From Macrostomum lignano (Eukaryota): a DNA stretch of 64,000 bases. The notes under the pieces were generated by a model that was not told the origin of the DNA, made no database searches, and saw only the letters and a program-made list of their open reading frames with translations. Position numbers and translations under genes: made by a program. Positions 1-35,370 of the stretch are shown here, piece by piece (position 1 is the stretch's first letter; each line of letters begins with the position of its first letter). Where the stretch lies: the NCBI GenBank assembly GCA_002269645.1, contig NIVC01003561.1, forward strand, positions 27,186-91,185, given 5' to 3'.

Positions 1-833
1 CTGAGTCTCAGTGTCTGTACTCTACTTTTGTGCTCATTAGCTAATTAATTTTCTCACGCTCCAGTGACAGTGTGAGCGCTGGGACTTGTATGCTCGAGAG
101 TGCAGCACTTACAAGATTGAAAAACTTTGAGCAATATAGCCTTGCTACGTAGATGGTGTTAAATAACTCGTCCATGATATCCATTAGAATCAGTCATATA
201 AGTCGGCGTATTCTGCAAATTTCACTCAGAACGTCTTTCACTTAAACAATATTTTTTGTGCTCCGAGTATGTAGCGTCTCGGGGGCCACCGCGAGTGACA
301 CTATACTCGGAGCTTTAAGACGAGCACACAATAGAACTCTTTAAAAACTTGCTTGAACAACACCCATTAGAGCAGTGGAACAGAGTGAGAAGGCAGTGGT
401 TCTCGGACAAAACCGCGCGACCCGTGGGGGTTCTGCATGCGAGTCCCAGCTACGGTTCAGTGTGTGCTGCAAGTCACATGACTGCGCAACTGACGATGGA
501 GTGAATATTTAAAGCCTACCTACGCATCATAAAGTGCACTGAAGTTGCGAATTTCATGCAATGAATACCAATTTTATATTAATGCCTCAAGTGCGCGCTA
601 AAATATGATTATTACCTGAGTTTGAATCAGAGCAATGAAGTCAGGCTGGCAAAGTCTAAGCAATTAAACAAGAGAGAGCAAACTCACCCTAAACCCGATT
701 TTATTGATGCTTTCAGGCACCTTTTTCTCACATTGTACATTTCTCAAGAAGCTCATAAAGCAATAACCGAAATGGAGTGCTCAACAGTCAACAACATTTG
801 AGCATCACAGCAGCAGCTCTGTATGGGTCAAGT

Positions 834-1744
834 GGTCCACGACAGTTGACTGCCACAATTTGACTGCGGACAATTTGACTGCGGACAATTTGACTGCGGA
901 CAATTTGACTGCGGCAGTTTGACTGCCAACAAAATGACTGCCAAAAAACACTCCAGGCTCTGATCGTATTTACGCAAGGCTAGCAAGGCTTTTTACATGA
1001 GCAAAAATGCAAGCTACAATTGGCTTTCAACAATACGTGCATGTATATCTACTAGTAAAAGAAGCGTCAAGTCAAAAAAGAGAAGCGAAGTCATGTCAAA
1101 CATAAAAGGCGTCAAGTAAAACATAAAAGAAATTTCATCAAACATAAAAGCAGCGTAAGGTAACACATATAAGAAACGTAATCTAAAATATAAAGGAAGC
1201 GTCAGTTAAAAATTTTGACGTCTTGCGATGTTAAGGCTTACGGGGGCAATTGCTAAGATATCAAGGCTTGCGGGAATTGCTGAGATATCAAGGCTTGCGG
1301 GAATTGCTGAGATATCAAGGCTTGAGGGAATTGCTGAGATATCAAGGCTTGCGGGAATTGCTGAGATATCAAGGCTTGAGGGAATTGCTGAGATGTCAAG
1401 ACAAATAGGATACACATTAATAATTTTCGTCTCTTGCTTATTGGCCGCCCCGAAGGGGGGCGCAAGATTGCTCCTAATGTTCAGACAGATATTTTACATG
1501 CACATGTAACTGTGTTCAATGAATGCTGTTTCTGTTTATAGAGTTTTCTTTCTCCCATGTCATATTAATCTCATACTTGAATCTTATTGATTCTTTCAGA
1601 TTTTGTCGGCAGTCAAATTGCCGCAGTCATTTTGTCGGCAGTCAAATTGCCGCAGTCATTTTGTCGGCAGTCATTTTGTCGGCAGTCATTTTGTCGGCAG
1701 TCAAATTGTGGCAGTCAAATTGAAGCAGTCAACTGTCGTGCACC
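834..1744. mobile_element. Non-autonomous TIR element, Mutator (MULE)-like, with subterminal TTGACTGC repeats
   Basis: Left end GGTCCACGACAGTTGACTGC (834) matches the reverse complement of the right end GCAGTCAACTGTCGTGCACC (1744). Flanks share GGGTCAAGT (825-833 and 1746-1754), a 9-bp TSD, or 10 bp with one C/T mismatch. No transposase ORF. Confidence 0.7.
1228..1530. mobile_element. Dispersed repeat (MITE-like) with internal 21-bp tandem unit, nested in the MULE-like element
   Basis: GGGAATTGCTGAGATATCAAGGCTT units followed by AAATAGGATACACAT...TTTTCGTC...GCTTATTGGC; the same module recurs at about 51540-51712. Confidence 0.6.
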
Positions 1745-2026
1745 CGGGTCAAGTTGATAAGTTCTGTTACTTATGCTCAAACTAAACAACAATGCAAAAC
1801 AGTTATCTCACATTTAGATTCCCCACCAGTTTATAATGTACAGTAAAATTTTGAAAAAGGGAAGATGCTCTTTCTCTGGTAGCCCTGTGTTGAAATGTTT
1901 TCGTGGTAACCTTTTGTCGGGAGGACACAATGGCAAACGCATGACTACTGGCATTGATTAGCTGTCGAACACTTGCCTACAGCAGGTAAACTTCAAGCTC
2001 AACTTCGAGCCAGTAGTTTTTCTTAC

Positions 2027-3139
2027 CTGCAGAAACTCGAAGCTGCTGGACCGGTGGTGCCCCAGAGCCGCGGCGCTTCCCTCGTCGACGGGCGAATCGC
2101 GGCTGCGGCTCTCCTCCGGCTCGGAGCTCTCCTCCGACGGCAGAGGGCGCGGCCTGCCGCTCGGCGGCTTCATCTTGCGAGCCGAGGCTACGGCGATGAT
2201 CGACGCGTCGTCTGCGGCGGAGGCGGCGCCGTCCACGAAGGCGGCTGACGTCAGCGAGGCTGTCGATGTTGTTGAAGTAGGCGGCGGCGGCGGCGGCGCT
2301 GGGGCTTTGCGGACGCGAGCCGGGCGCCTTGGAGGACTGCCGCCGTTTGACGAATCGGCGCTGTCTTGCGAACGGTCCCGCTTTCTCAGGACCAGCGAAG
2401 TGAGGTTGTTGAGATCTGACGCGGCCGCTGAGCTGCTGCCGGGGCCCAGGTTCTCGCTGCTGCTGGCCTTGCTGATGAGCTTCTTGTCTGGCAGCACTTT
2501 CACCACAACTGACGCTACGGAGGTTGTTGCACCATTTTCTGACTGCGCCGCTGCTGCGGTGGCGGAATTTCCGTTGCGAAGACTGCCTGGACGGCTGCGA
2601 TTGATCTTCTGCTGCTGCTGCTGCTGTTGCTGCAGCTCAGAGCCGCCAGCGACACCGCCGGCCGTTCCGTTGGCAAACTTAGATCGAAACCGCTTGATGA
2701 GGTCGTCCTTCAGACTGTGGGTTCGCTTAACCACAATCGGACACTCGGCTACAGCAGAATGTTGCTGCTGCGTTGAGGCGGCCGAGGCAGCGGCTGCGGC
2801 AGCGGCGGCTGTGGCGGACGAGGCGGAGTTGGCAGTCACGATGATCGGACCGGAGCTGGACTTGCCGCTGCCACCGTGATGCTGTTGCTGCTGCTTCTGC
2901 AGGGGCTGTTGTTGTTGCTGCTGCTGCTGCTGCGACTCGAACTCAACACTCTGACGCACCAGCGACTCGTTAGACGATCCCGTTGACGTTGTTCTCCGAC
3001 GGTGCCGCGGCGACTGACCCGAACTGCTGGCCTGCGGCACGGCGGGATAAGCCGGCTCCGCTCCCGGGCTGGGCTGAGGCGGCATCGGATGGCTTGCCGC
3101 GGCGGCCACGCTGCCAGCGCTGCCGGAGTCCCAGGGCAT
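2027..3139 (-). CDS. Large low-complexity exon (poly-Q/A/S/P) of an unidentified gene; downstream exons not resolved
   Basis: GC-rich ORF of about 370 codons from ATG 3139 (MPWDSG...). It ends at a strong donor CAG|GTAAGA (2027/2026) after HHRSSSFEFLQ. Contains RKAPAPPPPPP. No recognisable domain. Confidence 0.65.
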
Positions 3140-4474
3140 TTGGTGTGTCAAGCGACAATAACAAACGCTGACAACAATTTCCGGAGCAAGAAAATAACGG
3201 AGAGAACTTAGTCCAAAAACAGAAGCTGCAAAGAACGGTTATATATACGAGCTATGTTAGCCAATCTAGTTTCGAATGGCATGCCATAAGTTCGGCTAGG
3301 GTAGCGAAAACATACAACCATACAAGCCTCAACTCAGGTGTACTCTGCTCCGAGGCCCATTCTGCATGTCGCCCCCCGGCCCCACCACTCCAGCAGTGGT
3401 CCGATGGGGTGTGTCGGTGCAAAACACGCGCACGGAGAGGCTTGCGCAGTTGAACCACTCGAGAGAACAGGCAGACATTAGGCAGGTATAAGGGGCATTT
3501 GTGTAAGGGGGCACAAATGGAGGGCGGCGGCAGAGGCAAAACTGCTTTTACAGACTTGTGCGTGCAGTGCAGGCAAGTGAACAACCCCTCCCCCGAGTGA
3601 CTCGGTGCGCGACCTCAGGCAGTTGAGTCATATATATTATGGTCAATGCTAAATTTGCTTGAAACTCGTCTAGCTCTATAGCACATGTTGCCATGACAGT
3701 TAAAAAGCCAAACTTAGGCATTAGCACACAAGCTACCTACTAAACAGCCTGTTACCAGATTCTAGTAACGTAGAGTAGTTTAATAGAGCGGTGAGGCCTA
3801 GAGACCTATTGCTTCACAATCTGAAATCAGGTACTATAGCTGGTCTACCTGTATCTACAAGAAATGAAAGGGCAGACAGCAAAAAAGATACAAAACTACA
3901 AAAGTGTTGCGCTGTTAAGAACTGTTTCTAAGAAAGCAACTTTTATGCTGACATTCGCTTCTTAACATACTTTGTAGCGACCATTGATATCAACAAACTA
4001 TGTAGAAAACGAGATTCCCAATTCAACGAAGCACCTGGGACAGTTCACCCTTAGCAGAACTTCATTTTCCATTTTAGGCATTCGCTAATAGCAAGCCGTT
4101 TAAACAAGTTTTATTGCCGACAATACAAGTTGAGCAACTCAACAAAAGTGAGCAAGCCAGCAAAGCAATGGTCTAATAACCCTCGCGTCCCCACACGCTG
4201 GAAGAAAAGTTGTAAAAAAATCTTAAAGAACGTCTTATTTAAAGTGAGCACGCAGCACTGCGAACAGCTCGAACTTAATGAGAAAGTAAAAAGACCTGCA
4301 TCTATCGAGCACACTTCAAATTTACTGCACAGAAAAATGTGTTCGACTGTTGAGACACAGTGGAAGAAAGAAATGCTTATAAAGTGTAAGCTGTCAGGTC
4401 CGGCTAACATAATAAGCAAGTTACCTGGCTAAAGAAGAATAAAGACCATTTCATACATACTGAAATGGGGCTTG

Positions 4475-4646
4475 TGTGATGAAGTGAGGTTGGGTGTGAT
4501 GGAGTGAAGTGGGTGTGACGGAGTGAGGTGGGTGCGACGGAGTGAGATGGGTGTTATGGAGTGAGGTGGGTGTGATGGAGTGAGGTGGGTGTGATGGAGT
4601 GAGGTGGGTGTGATGGAGTGAGGTGGGTGTGATGGAGTGAAGTGGG
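4475..4646. repeat. 19-bp tandem repeat (GATGGAGTGAGGTGGGTGT)n
   Basis: About 9 copies read directly. Confidence 0.9.
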
Positions 4647-5294
4647 CTAGCTAGAGTGCATTGACCAAATTGTGGAATGGCTGGGAGTCGTTAATGAAAG
4701 TAATAAACAATAAATCAAGAAGCAAAGCACTAAAATATTCTGGCAATATTCCGTCAGTGTTCAGGAGCAGGTCGTGCAAGCATCAATAATGTTGGCACAG
4801 GCGATGAGGTTGATGATTTATTTGTTAATTCAAACTGTCGCACGAATTTAAAGGTGTAACAAAAGTTAAATAAAGTCAGAATATTCATGTTTAAGATATA
4901 GATGAGCAATATTTACTCAAATTACTGCCTGCAAGTTTGGAATACATTAAAACATAATAGCTTCAAAATACAATTAGACAAATTCGCAAAAATTCACAAG
5001 TAGCAATTCCATGCTAGCAGAGAAATCAATGGCGAGTTAGTGACACAGAAATGGAAGCAAAATATCTGCAAAAGAACCGGTTACAATAAAAGTACGAATG
5101 AAGAAGGCCAAAAAAGTGCACACAGCATTTTTGAGGGTGTTGAAATCAGTAGTGAAGGATTTATTGGCTCTGGGGCTGCTGCGACCTCTTGGAGATCAGA
5201 ATTCTGCATGCGGCTGATGCGGCTAGGGAATGGTAATAAACTGATGAGAGCGAATGCCTAATGCAATATATAGATTATAGAGATTATAGAGACA

Positions 5295-5941
5295 GATGTA
5301 GGGGAGAGGGAGAGGGTAGATAGTAGAGTGGAGAGGGAGAGGGTAGAGTGTTGAGGGAGAGAGTAGAGTGTTGAAGGAGAGTGGAGAGTGGAGAAGGAGA
5401 GTGGAGAGTGGAGAGGGAGAGGGTAGAGTGGAGAGGGAGAGGGTAGAGTGTTGAGGGAGAGAGTAGAGTGTTGAGGGAGAGAGTAGAGTGGAGAGGGAGA
5501 GAGTAGAGTGGAGAGGGAGAGGGTAGAGTGGAGAGGGAGAGGGTAGAGTGGAGAGGGAGAGGGTAGAGTGGAGAGGGAGAGGGTAGAGTGGAGAGGGAGA
5601 GGGTAGAGTGGAGAGGGAGAGTGGAGAGTGGAGAGGGAGAGGGTAGAGTGGAGAGGGAGAGGGTAGAGTGGAGAGGGAGAGGGTAGAGTGGAGAGGGAGA
5701 GGGTAGAGTGGAGAGGGAGAGGGTAGAGTGGAGAGGGAGAGGGTAGAGTGGAGAGGGAGAGGGTAGAGTGGAGAGGGAGAGGGTAGAGTGGAGAGGGAGA
5801 GGGTAGAGTGGAGAGGGAGAGTGGAGAGTGGAGAGGGAGAGGGTAGAGTGGAGAGGGAGAGGGTAGAGTGGAGAGGGAGAGGGTAGAGTGGAGAGGGAGA
5901 GGGTAGAGTGGAGAGGGAGAGGCTAGAGTGGAGAGGGAGAT
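5295..5941. repeat. 20-bp purine-rich tandem repeat (GAGAGGGAGAGGGTAGAGTG)n
   Basis: About 30 copies; the + strand is almost all purine. Confidence 0.95.
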
Positions 5942-6397
5942 GAAGGGGAAGAGAGGGAAAGGCGATGAAAGATAAGAGGGATGGAGAAGACAAAAGCGTG
6001 AGGGTGGCAGAGCAGCTGGGTGAGCAAGCAGGGAGCTCAGAAGCGACACCAGCGTAGCGGTTACGCCGCCCACAAGACTCAATACTCGTAGAGTGAATTG
6101 GCTACAGGTAGAAATGCGAGGGCAGGCAGATCGATGGACGATCATTTTTGGCAAATTTACAGAAACTGGTTAGGTAATAAAATCCTCAGTAAAATTGAGC
6201 GAAGCGGAAGTGGAATGGTCACACAGCGTGGTTGGCTTGCAGAATGATGTTAAAAAATCCACTAAATCGGTTAAATAAGCACACATGTAACAGTAGTAAA
6301 ATAAGTAAAATATTTTCTTGCGTTACCGTATTTAATAACAGCGATCGCGAAATGCAATAGACATAACAATACCTGGCTGCGAGAAATCTAAAAAGTA

Positions 6398-6830
6398 TCG
6401 GGATTCCCCGATTCAAGAGTTGGTGTTCCCCAGTTCAAGAGTCGGGATTCCCCAATTTAAGGATGGGGATTCCCCAGTTCAAGGATGGGGATTCCCGGAT
6501 TCCCCTATTCAAAGATCGGGATTCTCCAATTCAAGGATGGGGATTCCCCTATTCAAGGATCGGGATTCCCCAAATCAATGGTAGGGAATCCCTAATACAA
6601 TGGTAGGGATTTCCTAATTTAATGGTAGGGATTCCCTAATTTAATGGTAGGGATTCCCTAATTTAATGGTAGGGAATCCCTAATACAATGGTAGGGATTT
6701 CCTAATTTAATGGTAGGGATTCCCTAATTTAATGGTAGGGATTCCCTAATTTAATGGTAGGGATTACCTAATTTAATGGTAGGGATTCCCCCTTTCGAGG
6801 GTTGGGGTTTCCCTATCCCGATTGCCAGCT
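6398..6830. repeat. Compound tandem repeat with GGGATTCCC core (21-22-bp units)
   Basis: GGGATTCCCCxATTCAAG units grade into ATGGTAGGGATTCCCTAATTTA units, just 3' of the plexin stop. Confidence 0.85.
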
Positions 6831-6965
6831 TGTTTGCCAATGAAACCCTGTCGCAAAAGGCAAGCACTAGAATACAGATCGCAGGTGAGAATAGTGAGAA
6901 AGCAGAGAAACTCCATAAAAGTTGTTTAGTCAATTTTTTCCAAGAAAGCTTCGCAATTATTGAGC

Positions 6966-30835
<23,870 letters not shown>

Positions 30836-31038
30836 CGTGAATTCAATAAAAAATTCCTCACGGCATGACTTGTTTCAGCGGGGGGTTCTCTCAGCACCAG
30901 GCCCTAGCAACAGCGGCCAGTCTGAAACAGCAAGATTCAATGTCGATCCTGGTTCTTAAAATTAATTAATACTGCGGTGTATTTGCTTCGGTTACAGAGA
31001 TTTGCGAAGCAGGCTTACTAGAGAGCTTTTTGATGAAG

Positions 31039-31222
31039 CTGCTAAACAGTTAAATAGAAAAAAATGTGGAGGCTGCAATGCCTTGCAATTAACAGCAGTT
31101 CGACAAAGTCACAGCTAGATAAGAGAGAGAACAAAATAAGAAAAATAGGCGAAGACAGAGGAGAATAGAAAATTGGAATAATAGCCTGTTGAAGCACCTA
31201 AACCCCAGTTTCCAGGTCTTAC
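31039..31222 (-). other. Probable 5'UTR intron of plexin
   Basis: Strong donor CAG|GTAAGA at 31223/31222 and a pyrimidine-rich acceptor TTTTCTATTTAACTGTTTAGCAG ending at 31039. Confidence 0.45.
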
Positions 31223-32209
31223 CTGCAAAGCCTCAGGCTCAGGGGTAATGTCAGTCAGTGTACACACGCGCACACAAAGACAGGGCTGCACAGAGACAAA
31301 CACTGCTCTCACAACTGAGTGGACCGAATAATGAGTACGCCAAGCCAGCTTAAATCTGATAGCCAGCTAGCGAAGGCCCCCACCGATATCAGGACGAGTG
31401 GAAAATTGCTTAGCCAATGAAACGGCGGCACCAGATCTTAGCTAGCTGAGAGAGAAGAGATCAAGAGACGAGTAACAGACCTTCGGCGTAAACCCCTATT
31501 AGCCAAAACCCGAAATCTCTGATAAGAACAGGCTGCTTCTTTTGCATTACTCAAGACTAACCTAAGTGGAAGCGTGGTGGCAAAGTTGAATCAGCATCTA
31601 AGGCATATATTATTAATTAAATAGTGACGATTCAGCTGGCACCAGAGGGTCCCGAACAACAAATATCAAATAGTTATAGTTCGCTAAACAACTATAAAGG
31701 CAAAAAAGAACAAGTCAGTAACAAGCGTACAAACAAACTTCATTTTCTTGAACCTGAAACTTTAAAACAGTAGCTTAATTGCTTTTTTATTACTTAAAGT
31801 CTTCTCAAAACTCGTTTATTAAAATTGTTAAGATTTGAGAAGCAAGGATTTTGACAGAGTTGTAATCTAACATTGATTTAGACCATCGTCAGGCATATTT
31901 ACAGAAATATTTTTATATTAAATATTTATTTCCTGTCAAGAAATTCCCACACGAGAATTGACAGACTATGCTCACTAAATAACACCGGATAGTTAATAAC
32001 AATTATAACGCCATACTAACCACACTACTAAGAGTAACAATAAGCAGTGGTTTGACTACCCAGAAAATTCGCAATAATTAGTAAAACAATTTCAATTCAA
32101 GCTGTTTGTAGAAATTATACTTAATTGAATATTTTGAACGAGCTTTACTATTGATGGAATAATAAATGCCAGCGAATCCCACAGTCATCATCATTCCTAT
32201 GACCATTCA

Positions 32210-32730
32210 CTTCATTCATAAAATCCTTCAGTCACTTACATGACCACTTACTCATATTAATGATCATCCTGTCACTCATATGGCCGTTCAGTCACTCTAA
32301 TGATTATTTAGTCACTCCTATGACCATTCAGACACTCTTATGACCATTCGCATCCGGTCACACTTATGACCATTCAGTCACTCTTATGACTATTCAGTCA
32401 CTCTTATGACTATTAAGTCACTCTTATGACTATTCAGTCACTCTTATGACTATTCAGTCACTCTTATGACTATTCAGTCACTCTTATGACTATTCAGTCA
32501 CTCTTATGACTATTCAGTCAATCTTATGACTATTCTGTCTCTATAATGACTATACATTCACTTTTATGACCATTCACTCGCTCTTATGATTATTCGGTCA
32601 TTATTATGACCATTCAGTCACTCTCATGACCATTCACTCGCTCTTACGAGTATGACCATTCAGTCACTCTCATGACAATTCAGTCACTCTTATGACTATT
32701 AAGTGCTCTTATGACCATTCAGTCACCCCA
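32210..32730. repeat. 20-bp tandem repeat (ATGACTATTCAGTCACTCTT)n
   Basis: Starts immediately 3' of the RRM-zinc finger gene stop. Confidence 0.92.
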
Positions 32731-32738
32731 CCAATCGC

Positions 32739-34058
32739 TCAGTCATTCTTATCGCTATCATCATCGTCCTCATCTTCGTCAGTGGCTTCATCGTCTTCCA
32801 TCTCGCCGCGGCGCCGACTGCCGCCAGCGGGCTCAGGCTCAGTCTCCGAGGCCGCGGCTGAGGACAGTTCAGCGCCGGCGGCAGCACCAACAGGGCCGTC
32901 GCCGCCGCTGCCTTCAACCGTGGCCGCCGCGATTTCGCCGCTGGTGTTGGCACTGCCGCCGACAGATGAGGCAGCGGCGGCGGAGGCCGCGGTCTCGCCG
33001 CCGCCAATGCCGGCAGCGAAGACACAGTTGGTGTACACGCCAATCTCATGCTCAGCCTGGCAGTGGCGCAGCAGCTCCCAGCTGCTGAGAAACTGCTTGC
33101 CGCACTTGGCGCAGTCCAGCATCCTGGGTTCACCCTTCAGCTTGCACAGGCAGACAAACCGGCGTCGGCAGCCGTCCTGCTTGTGCGAACTGAGCCGGTC
33201 CAGGTTGTCGAAAACGTCCTTGCAGTTGCCGCAGACCAAGTAGTCCCGGCCGCCGCTGATTCTATCGCGCGAGGCGCCAACTTGAGACAGCTTGCCGGAG
33301 TCGAAACCGCCGCTGTCGTCCTGACTGCCGAGCCGTCGGGGTCCCAGACGCTCCTTCACACTGAGGCCGCTGCTACCGCCACCGCCGCCGCCGCTGACAA
33401 CGCTCGACGCCGACGAGCCGCTGCCGCCGCCGTGTCGGTCTCGCCGATTCTTGGGCTCAGACGCGATGTTCACGTCGATGGTCTGGCCGGCGTAGACGCG
33501 GCCGTCCTCGCGTTTGCAAGCGGACCGAGCTGCCGGCTCTTCGACAAACTGCACGAAAGCGAAGCCGTTATGGACGTTGACTTCCGTCAGGCTGCCGTAT
33601 TTGCTGAATATTCGCTCCAGATCGGCTCGGCCCAGCTCGTTCGTGTTCAGATTGCCAATGAACACGCGACCCTTGGGATTCTGGCCGCTTCCACCTCCGC
33701 CGCCGCCGCCGCCGCCTCCGTGATGCTGGCGATGATTCTGGGGTCCATGCTGATGATGCAGCATTTGCGGAGGCTGCTGCTGTTGCTGCATCATGAACTG
33801 CATATCCATAGGGCCTGGGCCTTGCATTTGCATCTGGGGCGGCGGAGGCGGCGGCATCACGCCAGGCATGGGCGGCCCCGGCTGCGGGTAGGCCATAAAC
33901 GGCTGCTGCTGCTGCTGCGGCGGCTGCTGGCCATAAGCCATCATTGGCATCTGGCCCGGATGCGTCATAGGCTGCTGCTGCACCATTGGCATGCTCTGCT
34001 GCATACTGCTAACTGGGGCCATTGGCATCATGCCAGGCATGTGCGGATTGACCTGCAT
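32739..34058 (-). CDS. Intronless 439-aa protein: Q/P/M-rich N-terminus, hnRNP C/RALY-type RRM, C2HC and C2H2 zinc fingers (ZFP64/BCL11-like), acidic tail
   Basis: RVFIGNLNT...IFSKYG...VHNGFAFVQF...EDGRVYAGQTIDVNIASEPK matches the hnRNP C RRM pattern. CGNCKDVFDNLDRLSSHKQDGC is C-x2-C-x12-H-x4-C. EPRMLDCAKCGKQFLSSWELLRHCQAEHEIGVY follows the BCL11A ZnF1 pattern. Confidence 0.9.
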   Translation of the reverse strand: MQVNPHMPGMMPMAPVSSMQQSMPMVQQQPMTHPGQMPMMAYGQQPPQQQQQPFMAYPQPGPPMPGVMPPPPPPQMQMQGPGPMDMQFMMQQQQQPPQMLHHQHGPQNHRQHHGGGGGGGGGGSGQNPKGRVFIGNLNTNELGRADLERIFSKYGSLTEVNVHNGFAFVQFVEEPAARSACKREDGRVYAGQTIDVNIASEPKNRRDRHGGGSGSSASSVVSGGGGGGSSGLSVKERLGPRRLGSQDDSGGFDSGKLSQVGASRDRISGGRDYLVCGNCKDVFDNLDRLSSHKQDGCRRRFVCLCKLKGEPRMLDCAKCGKQFLSSWELLRHCQAEHEIGVYTNCVFAAGIGGGETAASAAAASSVGGSANTSGEIAAATVEGSGGDGPVGAAAGAELSSAAASETEPEPAGGSRRRGEMEDDEATDEDEDDDDSDKND

Positions 34059-34214
34059 TGTTTAATAACTTGTTTCTGCTGCCAACTTAGTTACAGATTG
34101 AATCAGGATTGAGTTGCACTAGGATCATGCATCAATAAGTTGTAAATAAGACGTGTTCGTCATTAAGACAGATTGTCTGATTAATGTCTAATTAATTAAT
34201 ATAAGCATGCTTGG

Positions 34215-34368
34215 GCGCAACCTAGGGATTCACCCGGCCGTTTCTATTGACAACACACACATTTAAGTCGCTATTGGACGGAATAGTAGTCACGTGACTG
34301 CTCTCAGCCAATAGCGACTTACGTGTGTGTTGCCAATAGAAACGGCCGAGTGATTCCCAAGGTTGCGC
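34215..34368. mobile_element. Fold-back inverted repeat (about 62-bp arms), MITE-like, in the upstream region of the RRM gene
   Basis: Arm 34215-34277 pairs with arm 34308-34368; the loop contains GTCACGTGAC; both arms contain CCAAT/ATTGG. Confidence 0.7.
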
Positions 34369-34713
34369 ATGTATGAATATAAGCCTTAAAATTGCATTTC
34401 AACAATAATATTTAACCTCTATTTGACTGCAGTTTAGACACTTACACTTATATAACCATTCCCGACAGATAGGTCCAAAATAGTTTCCGAAGCTACGATC
34501 ATGAATGCTGCTGCTACCACCACCCTCCGTATAGTCTCACTTAAATTTAGTGTCTGTTTGCTAATGCTAATATACTTTATTTCTACTGATTGCTTTATAC
34601 GAGCATCTTACTTCTGACAGCGACGACTAGTTATGGATCTAAACATCGGACTCTGAAAACAATTTGCTCACTGACAACGAGGATGGATCATTTATATTGT
34701 TATAAAAGGCCCA

Positions 34714-35370
34714 GTGAGTAGGATGGTGACAACGTCGAAAGCGCAAGCAGCTCAGATGAGGACATCGAAAAGGAGGAAGAGCACGTGTGGCACCAAGCTA
34801 TCAAAGGGATGGACACGACAAGCCACGGCTGCCCGAGAGTTCATGGGCTGGTACCACCACAAATCAGCGAATGGCAGTGAGTCAGCCTTTTTGCACCTAA
34901 CCGACGAGCTATTTGAAAACATTGCCAGTTGGACGACCGAATGGGCTTGGAGTTTTGCTAAGGAAAGGTCAGTTGATGAGGTACCAAAGTTTGTGTCTAC
35001 ATGGAAGGATTACAGTGTTGACGAGATGAAAAAGCTGATTGGCATTGATGACTAGCCAGAGATCAGCTTGTACTGGGCAAAGGATCCTGTGTACCACTGC
35101 ACATTTTTTGCTCAACCGCATTCAATTTTGTGTAACTGTTTTAAAGCAGATTCTCTCCTGCTTCTACAGCAGCACTGGTCCACTCCTCAAAGCCATGTGG
35201 ACAAAATCACTCCATTCCTTGCTCTTGTGCAGCATGCCTGTTGGAACAATTACATACCAGATCAGTAACTATCAATTGACAAGACTCTGGTCATGTACAA
35301 AGGATGGGTACTGTTTAGACAGTACATTCCCTCCAAGAAAAGCAAGTTGAGTATCAAGCTGTACCAAGCT
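34714..35370 (+). pseudogene. piggyBac (PGBD-like) transposase relic with frameshifts and stops
   Basis: WKDYSVDEMKKLIG, LYWAKDP, and YIPDQ*LSIDKTLVMYKGWVLFRQYIPSKKSKLSIKLY, which corresponds to the piggyBac LSIDESMVxFKGRxxFRQYIPxKxxKxGIKLW motif. Confidence 0.88.

Noticed and set aside
33048-34112. 354-aa plus-strand ORF (also 2175-2879, 18853-19285 and similar)
   Set aside because: Antisense shadows of GC-rich coding exons with no domain content.
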